A stretch of 64,000 bases of DNA, from contig OY769938.1 of assembly GCA_963669295.1 (NCBI GenBank), forward strand, positions 173,533-237,532, in the 5' to 3' direction. Shown here one piece after another: positions 57,842 to 64,000 of the stretch. Positions within the stretch are counted from its first letter, which is position 1. Each line of letters begins with the position of its first letter. The notes beneath the pieces are model-generated. The model was given only the letters and a program-made list of their open reading frames with translations. It did no database searches and had not been told where the DNA came from. The position numbers and the translations under genes are program-made. Source of the DNA: Flavobacteriales bacterium. GTDB taxonomy: Bacteria; Bacteroidota; Bacteroidia; Flavobacteriales_D; CALLUQ01.

Positions 57842-60108
57842 TTGTTTTCCCCTTTCTTTCCGTAAAACAATAGCAACAATACTGGCAACAGCAGTAAATC
57901 AGCAATTACCGCAAAAAACAAGGTGAGGCTAATGAGCAATCCGGTATAGAACGTACCGTTAAAATCAGACATGATGAGGGTTAAAAAACCTCCACATAAG
58001 ATGATAGACGTTACAATGATGGCCTTTCCGGTAGTTAGAAAGGTACGTTTAACTGCATAAACAAAGCTCCTCCCCTTACGCAACTCCAGCTTTAGCTTGC
58101 TCACAAAATGGATGGTATCGTCTACAGCAATACCAAAAGCAATGGTGAAGATAATGGAAGTAGTAGCCTTCAGAGGAATACCGCTGAGCCCCATGATGCC
58201 TGCTACCATTAGCAAAGGAAAGATGTTTGGAATCAATGAAATCACAATCATTTTTAACGAACGAAACAACAAGCCCACCACCAGGCCTACTACCAAAAAT
58301 GCAATCATTAATCCCTGCATCATATTGGCCGCCAGGCTCATGTTGTTCTTATCCATCAGTCGTGCCGTACCAGTAATACGGTATTCCAACAAATTGAGGT
58401 CGACATGCTCCTCCATAAAAGCTATTAAGCCTTCATCCAGCTGCCGTACTTTATAGCTACCAACATCTGCCATCCTTCCCCCCATACGCGCATACAACTG
58501 GTTTTCCGATACAAATGCCTTAATAATGTCTGCCCGCTTAAACTTGCTGATTTGGTCAACAAGGTGACGGCACTCTTCATTGTTATCAGGGATTTTATAA
58601 TACTTCGACGACCCACCGTTGAACCCTTTATTGGCATATTTAATGATGGTAACTGGCGACAGTAAAAAGCCAACACCATATTCGTCTTTCAAATAGCGTT
58701 CAATTTGTTCGAACTCCAGCAATACCTCTCGATCAAATACACTTTTGGTGCTGTCTTTTACAATAAACGACATCTCAAAAGGGCGCACACCAGCAAACTT
58801 ATCCTCGAAAAAAGTAAAGCTTTCCTTTAACGGATCTCCATCGTTCAAATCTTCCAACAAGTGACTATTTACTCGAATCTCACGAATACCAATAATACTC
58901 ACTACCAGGATAACTGCAGCTCCCACCAGCACTACTGTTTTATGGCGAATAACCCAAAGGAATAAACGACGCAACATGCGCGTCCAAAATACCTGGTTGT
59001 TCTTCTTGTTTCTTACTGTTTTGGGTGGCTTACTCAAAATCATTACTGCCGGTAATAAAGAATAAGCCAGTATATAAGCCAGAAACACTCCTGTAGCCGT
59101 ATACACGCCAAAGCTTCTAATGGGCAGAATATTGGCCATGAGCAAGGTTAAAAAGCCTGCAGCAGTAGTTAATGAAGTCAAAAAAGTAGCCAGCCCCACT
59201 TCTTTAAAAGAAGTTTTCACTGCTGTAATTTTGTCATTCCCCTCCCTTAATTCTTCCAGGTACCGGTTCAATATATGCACCACATCCGACATGCCTACTA
59301 CAAACATAATCGTAGGCAACATGGTCAACATCAAATCAATGGGCTTGCCAGTAACACTCATCACTCCCAATATCCACACAATGGAAAGGAGTACCACCAT
59401 AATAGGCACCCATACCCCCCAAAACGTACGAAAAGCGATAACAAGGAAAACCAGTACCAGTATAAAGGAAGCCAATACAAAAATAGACAACTCTTTCTGC
59501 ATCAGTTCCACATAATAGCTTTGTCCAACACTACGCCCTGCTACATGTACCTCATCAAATTCAAACTGCGCCACCACCCGCTTCATGTTTTCAGCCAATA
59601 CATCACACTTCTCCTTGCTGATGTATTCCTCTGTTTTAGCAAAAATGGAAACCGACTTCCCGTCTTTAGAAAAATAACTGCCTATCAGTTCTTCATTCTG
59701 ATAAATTTTTGCTGAATCTTTCGCATAACGACCGGGTTGTTCATACCGTAAAATAGGACGTTCTATCACTGCTCCCATCAATGGGTCGCGAATAAAATCT
59801 TTTAGGTTGGTAGGTGCAAGCACCTCTGTAACAGAAGGCAACTGGGCAATAGAATCGGTGAGCGTTTGTACAGTTGCTAAAAATTCCTGGTTAAAGATCC
59901 CATCATTATTGGTGATGCCAACCAATACAAAATCGTTATCAGACTCAAATACATGACGATGGGTATTGAAGTATTCCGTGTCTTCATCGGAAGCAGGGAA
60001 AAACTCTTCGAAATTGTAATTGAATTCTAGGAGCGAAATACGATAGGAGAAAAATGCAGAAAGCAATACAATAACAATGATTACTCCAATGCTTAGCTTT
60101 CTGTACAT
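57838..60108 (-). CDS. MMPL/RND family transporter
   Basis: two TM bundles; TSLTTAAGF, GIAVDDTIHF, TGKAIIVTS. Confidence 0.9.
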   Translation of the reverse strand: MYRKLSIGVIIVIVLLSAFFSYRISLLEFNYNFEEFFPASDEDTEYFNTHRHVFESDNDFVLVGITNNDGIFNQEFLATVQTLTDSIAQLPSVTEVLAPTNLKDFIRDPLMGAVIERPILRYEQPGRYAKDSAKIYQNEELIGSYFSKDGKSVSIFAKTEEYISKEKCDVLAENMKRVVAQFEFDEVHVAGRSVGQSYYVELMQKELSIFVLASFILVLVFLVIAFRTFWGVWVPIMVVLLSIVWILGVMSVTGKPIDLMLTMLPTIMFVVGMSDVVHILNRYLEELREGNDKITAVKTSFKEVGLATFLTSLTTAAGFLTLLMANILPIRSFGVYTATGVFLAYILAYSLLPAVMILSKPPKTVRNKKNNQVFWTRMLRRLFLWVIRHKTVVLVGAAVILVVSIIGIREIRVNSHLLEDLNDGDPLKESFTFFEDKFAGVRPFEMSFIVKDSTKSVFDREVLLEFEQIERYLKDEYGVGFLLSPVTIIKYANKGFNGGSSKYYKIPDNNEECRHLVDQISKFKRADIIKAFVSENQLYARMGGRMADVGSYKVRQLDEGLIAFMEEHVDLNLLEYRITGTARLMDKNNMSLAANMMQGLMIAFLVVGLVVGLLFRSLKMIVISLIPNIFPLLMVAGIMGLSGIPLKATTSIIFTIAFGIAVDDTIHFVSKLKLELRKGRSFVYAVKRTFLTTGKAIIVTSIILCGGFLTLIMSDFNGTFYTGLLISLTLFFAVIADLLLLPVLLLLFYGKKGENN

Positions 60109-60192
60109 CTAATTGCGTGCTGCTCTACCACAAAAATACACAGGAAATGAATACGTTGTTTACTTTTTCGAAGAAATGTGTGGAGACCAAAT

Positions 60193-60226
60193 AAAAAGCC
60201 CCCGACCAATAAAGGCCGGGGGCTTT
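60193..60226 (-). terminator. rho-independent terminator of the terminal operon
   Basis: AAAGCCCCCG...CGGGGGCTTT stem with U-run on the minus strand, just after the 60245 stop. Confidence 0.8.
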
Positions 60227-60244
60227 CATGTACTTATGTAGCAA

Positions 60245-61123
60245 TTACTTTATCATGAATTTTTTGGTGATAATGCCTTCATCGAAACGTGCCGACATCA
60301 TGTAGATGCCTTGTGCCATTTCGCTCAACTGAATTTGGTTACTACCATTATTCAATCCTTCACGAGCAATTACCTGACCGGTAGTGTTTACTACAGTCAA
60401 CTCACCATTGTTCAATCCTTCTGGTACGTTAACGCCCAGGTAAGAATCGAAGAAACGCATTTTAATGCCTGCCAACATTTGCTCTTCAACGCTCACGTTG
60501 ATGGTACCATTATCACCTGCTTCAATACCTGTTGCAGGAGTAGCTTGATAGGCATAATCTTTAATGGTAAAAGAACTGGCATCGGCAGCCACATTTAAGC
60601 GTGCCCAACCATAATGGGTATTGCCACCCACAACAATTTTTAATCCGAGAAATTTATTTTGCTCACCTGCCCAATTTCCTAACTGTACTGGAAAGGTACC
60701 TCCGGCCAAACCATCCACGGCAAGAAACATGGTGTCTTCACCAAGTGTATTTCCCATCCATGAACTTTGGTCATCAATCATGGTAGTGGCATCTATTACC
60801 AAACCATAAGGGTACAACGAGCCACTTGAGGCAACAGCCTGGTTACTGTCGAACAACTCTAATGCTACACCATCTGCTGTATAAGAAACAGGAATACCAA
60901 TGGTAATAGTGCCACTCCTAAATGAAGCAGTAATGTTAAAGTCTACAGTAAGGTCATTGTTCAAATCCAAAGCAAAAGCTCCGGGAATACCAATGGTTTG
61001 ATCTGGGTTAACATCAGTATAAATGATCTGCGCATCGGCAGCACCAGAAGCAGCCAACACAGTACCCGCCATTGCAGAGTACTTCATTAACTTCTCCTTG
61101 TTAAGGGTAGATTTTTGATTCAT
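60245..61123 (-). CDS. T9SS type A sorting domain protein with a PEP-CTERM-passenger-like domain
   Basis: leader LMKYSAMAG..AADA-QIIYTDVNPD; HYGWARL...TIKDYAY..P..GIEAG; C-terminal GIYMM...TKKFMIK. Confidence 0.82.
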   Translation of the reverse strand: MNQKSTLNKEKLMKYSAMAGTVLAASGAADAQIIYTDVNPDQTIGIPGAFALDLNNDLTVDFNITASFRSGTITIGIPVSYTADGVALELFDSNQAVASSGSLYPYGLVIDATTMIDDQSSWMGNTLGEDTMFLAVDGLAGGTFPVQLGNWAGEQNKFLGLKIVVGGNTHYGWARLNVAADASSFTIKDYAYQATPATGIEAGDNGTINVSVEEQMLAGIKMRFFDSYLGVNVPEGLNNGELTVVNTTGQVIAREGLNNGSNQIQLSEMAQGIYMMSARFDEGIITKKFMIK

Positions 61124-61180
61124 ATTACGACGATTTTAAGTGATTTGAGTATCCAATTTTACCATTTTTTTTCCTAAAAA

Positions 61181-63736
61181 TCAACTCTTAACGGCTTTAT
61201 TTCGGTATAAATCAGGGTCTACCGACAACGCCATTTCTTTTACATTTAAGGCATTCCCAAGAAATGCATTGATATTTTCGGCTTGTTCTTCAGGGTGTGC
61301 AATTACCTCTGCATACGGTACAAACAAGGCCTCTACATTCGATTGCCTTTTGATCCAATCTTTGGCTTGTTGCAGCTGCTTTTCAAAAGCAGCTGCAAGC
61401 GTTGCTGGGTATGCATTGGCTTCGGCATGGCTTGTTTTTCCCAACATAATTTGTTGCGAACGCAACAACTCACTCATATCGCGCTCCATGAATACAATCT
61501 TATATTCATACTCCGCTGGGAGGTTGTACAACAATGGCCCAATAATTTTCACCACCTTGTCTTCCGCTTCGTGTAACCATGAATTGTCTTTGCCCAACCG
61601 CTTTACCGGCTCGTATTCATAATAACCTTTCGGATTGTTATTATCGGGTTGTCTCAACTCATCGGTAAGTGCTTCCATGCCTCCACGATGCAACATTTGC
61701 ATCATCATAGAGGTTCCTGAGCGAGGAAGTCCTGAAACAATGGTAATCACGCCTTTGATCCTTTCGTTAATAATGGTTCTATAATGTGCTGCCTTAGCAG
61801 CATCGGGAATTTTTTCTTCGTAGATATTCACCAACCAGCGATAAGCTCGTGTCATACCTGGAGCCATAGAAGCGGCCATTTGAAATGCCTGTGCTGCCTC
61901 TTCATAATGCTCCATCAACACCAATGCTTCTCCTAAATGATAGTGGGCAGGAGGAAAAAAGTGCATCAATTCCAATGCATGCAACAGCTCGTTTACGGCT
62001 TCTTCATAACGACCTCTACGAAGGTAGGTAATGGCCAGGCCGTGGTGAGCAATTGGGCTATCGTTATCTAACGATAAAGAGGTCTTAAAAGCCTCTGCTG
62101 CCTCTTCCCACAATTGGCGCATGTTTAAAGCTTTACCCACTTGTACATGTACTTCTGCAAACTCAGGGGCATTCTTTTGCGCTTTGCGCAGCAATTCCAA
62201 CGCCATACGGGGGCGATTACTCGATAACAATAAGTTCCCTTCCATGTAGTCGAGGTAGTCTTCACTCACATCCTCATTGTTTCGAAGCTGATCGATGATT
62301 TGCTTCCCTTTCTTTCCCATTTTTTTAGCCAGGTAGCTCGAGCAAAGGGTAAGCCCATAACGTGTTTGATCTGGGTCGGTAGCAAACAATGTTTCTAAAA
62401 TGGGGATGGCATCATCGTGCCGCCCTGCATGAATATGGGTTTTCGCCAGGTAGTATTGCGACTCGTTTACCGTTTTGCGAATGGCCTCTTGCTTATCGTC
62501 GTCAGGCGCTTCTACATACCCCAACTCAATGAGTTGCTGCATGGCCTCCTGTGCTGCCCAGGTATCTTCTTGCACATCTTCCGAATGCATACCACAATCA
62601 CCTTCCACCTCTTCCCAACTAGGAATAGTAGCAGGCACTTTTGCCTCTTCAAAACATTGCAATAAAGGACGCCCTTCCATATCATCGCCCAATGGCAAAT
62701 CGTAAAGGGTAAGTAAGGTTGGAGTAATATCGAGCAACGAAGCCCCAAATATTTGTTCGTTCTTTTTAATGCCCGGCCCTTTCATCGCAAAAATGCCAAA
62801 AGGGCTGTGCTCGTGAGCCGGTGCAGCCGGTTCTTTAGGCAACTTGCGCGGGCGTAAGTGATCGGAATGAAAACCATGATCCGAAATAATCATTACGGTG
62901 GCATCATCTCCAGCCAGTTCCAGTAACCGTTCCAACATCATATCGTGATAGATATAACCACTGGTTACTACCTGCTTATAACGCTGAAAAAGATCGTCGG
63001 GAACGCCGGGCAATTGTGGCGGATGAAACTTCATAAACCCATGGCAAAAATGATCAATAGCATCGTAATAGATCGCTGTAAAATCCCATGGTTCGTGCTC
63101 CATTAAATGAGTTGCCGCAGCATGAATGCTCGTACAATGAGCCAATATTTTTGAAACGGAATATAACCGCTTGTCCTTTTCGTAATCCACCTCCACTGCT
63201 GTAGGTACAAAAGGCAATACATGAGCCTCTGTCATCTCCCCTGCATGCACACGAAGATTTTCCATTTCTTCTTCCAACCGTTGGGGATATACTGTTCCCT
63301 TTGGTAAAGGCCATGGATCTCCATATTTTCCTTTAAATTGCTGGTAAAAATTAGACACCATCACGCCATTAATGGGTTCGGCAGGATGACTAGGCCACCA
63401 TCCTACCACATTTGATTGGTAGCCTTGCTGGTGTAAAATATTCCAAATGGCTTTTACTTTACGCGAAGTAGAGTTAACCGGACGAATGGCCTGCCCGTCG
63501 GGAGTAGGCTCTAAAAAACCCAGGATACCATGTTTATCGGCACGCTTTCCGGTAGCAATAGAAGTCCACAACATTGGCGACATCGGAGGGTCTAAAGTAG
63601 CTAACTTGCCCCACACTCCCTCTTTCAAAAACTTTGCAAGAGTAGGCATGTAACCCGCCTCAATTAACGGAAAGATAATTTTCCAATCCGCAGCATCCCA
63701 ACCTATAACCACTACTTTTCTTTTCGACTTACTCAT
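61181..63736 (-). CDS. alkaline phosphatase-superfamily (phosphodiesterase-like), TPR and sulfotransferase fusion
   Basis: IGWDAADW, PPMSPMLWTSIATG, ISDHGF, L.ELGY; TPRs; IVSGLPRSGTSMMMQML and NPKGYYE. Confidence 0.9.
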   Translation of the reverse strand: MSKSKRKVVVIGWDAADWKIIFPLIEAGYMPTLAKFLKEGVWGKLATLDPPMSPMLWTSIATGKRADKHGILGFLEPTPDGQAIRPVNSTSRKVKAIWNILHQQGYQSNVVGWWPSHPAEPINGVMVSNFYQQFKGKYGDPWPLPKGTVYPQRLEEEMENLRVHAGEMTEAHVLPFVPTAVEVDYEKDKRLYSVSKILAHCTSIHAAATHLMEHEPWDFTAIYYDAIDHFCHGFMKFHPPQLPGVPDDLFQRYKQVVTSGYIYHDMMLERLLELAGDDATVMIISDHGFHSDHLRPRKLPKEPAAPAHEHSPFGIFAMKGPGIKKNEQIFGASLLDITPTLLTLYDLPLGDDMEGRPLLQCFEEAKVPATIPSWEEVEGDCGMHSEDVQEDTWAAQEAMQQLIELGYVEAPDDDKQEAIRKTVNESQYYLAKTHIHAGRHDDAIPILETLFATDPDQTRYGLTLCSSYLAKKMGKKGKQIIDQLRNNEDVSEDYLDYMEGNLLLSSNRPRMALELLRKAQKNAPEFAEVHVQVGKALNMRQLWEEAAEAFKTSLSLDNDSPIAHHGLAITYLRRGRYEEAVNELLHALELMHFFPPAHYHLGEALVLMEHYEEAAQAFQMAASMAPGMTRAYRWLVNIYEEKIPDAAKAAHYRTIINERIKGVITIVSGLPRSGTSMMMQMLHRGGMEALTDELRQPDNNNPKGYYEYEPVKRLGKDNSWLHEAEDKVVKIIGPLLYNLPAEYEYKIVFMERDMSELLRSQQIMLGKTSHAEANAYPATLAAAFEKQLQQAKDWIKRQSNVEALFVPYAEVIAHPEEQAENINAFLGNALNVKEMALSVDPDLYRNKAVKS

Positions 63737-63890
63737 CACGCTCCTCCTGCTGTTTTTGCGCTTCTTCATCGCGTTTTTTTCGCCATGCTTTAATGCCTAC
63801 GGCACCAAGTGCCAATAGCCCCAAAGATCCCATGGCTGTTACTTCATACTGGTTGGATGGTTGGTCTTGCTTTTCTTCCTTTTCGTCCAT
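63729..63890 (-). CDS. 53-aa stand-alone PEP-CTERM-like membrane peptide
   Basis: GSLGLLALGAVGIKAWRKKR; stop overlaps the next gene's start; promoter box supports the MDEKEEK start. Confidence 0.75.
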   Translation of the reverse strand: MDEKEEKQDQPSNQYEVTAMGSLGLLALGAVGIKAWRKKRDEEAQKQQEERDE

Positions 63891-63916
63891 GTATACGTAT
63901 TTCAATTGAAGGTTAC

Positions 63917-63924
63917 CAAAGTTA
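63917..63924 (-). promoter_or_regulatory. Bacteroidota -7 promoter element of the terminal operon
   Basis: TAACTTTG on the minus strand, 26 bp upstream of ATG 63890. Confidence 0.6.
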
Positions 63925-64000
63925 GTATTATTATAAAAATATCGCTCATCCGCCAAAGGTTTAATACCTTTATCCATCAGCATGTTATTGAAAATAAGAT

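Noticed and set aside
63891-63983. 84-aa version of the last small ORF
   Set aside because: A TAnnTTTG promoter box lies inside the extension, favouring the ATG at 63890.

Overview
Gene-dense window from a Bacteroidota chromosome, probably Flavobacteriales-like. The inference rests on six proteins with type IX secretion (T9SS) type-A C-terminal domains, TAnnTTTG promoter boxes, TonB-dependent receptors and a Flavo-1-like RNA. It contains about 50 CDS and one tRNA-His; I saw no CRISPR array, rRNA, integrase or transposase. Main blocks: TBDR/DUF4249 with a His/Met-rich secreted protein; two SulP loci (one with beta-carbonic anhydrase); a TBDR, TPR-histidine kinase and REC-adenylate/guanylate cyclase operon; an accessory stretch at about 25-39 kb next to tRNA-His; copA; a GT4-Wzx-sulfotransferase cluster; bshB1, gpx and ccsA; DUF2520-kdsC-ubiA-maf-nhaC; and a terminal three-gene operon. 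Two candidates for undescribed systems stand out. (1) An ORF6N DNA-binding gene is flanked by two perfect 25-bp palindromes, and a third near-copy of that palindrome encodes the protein's own conserved LKSQxxTSS motif. (2) The terminal operon encodes a stand-alone PEP-CTERM-like SLGLLALG..WRKKR peptide, an AlkP-TPR-sulfotransferase fusion and a T9SS cargo protein. All family assignments are from motif recognition by eye; no database searches were run.
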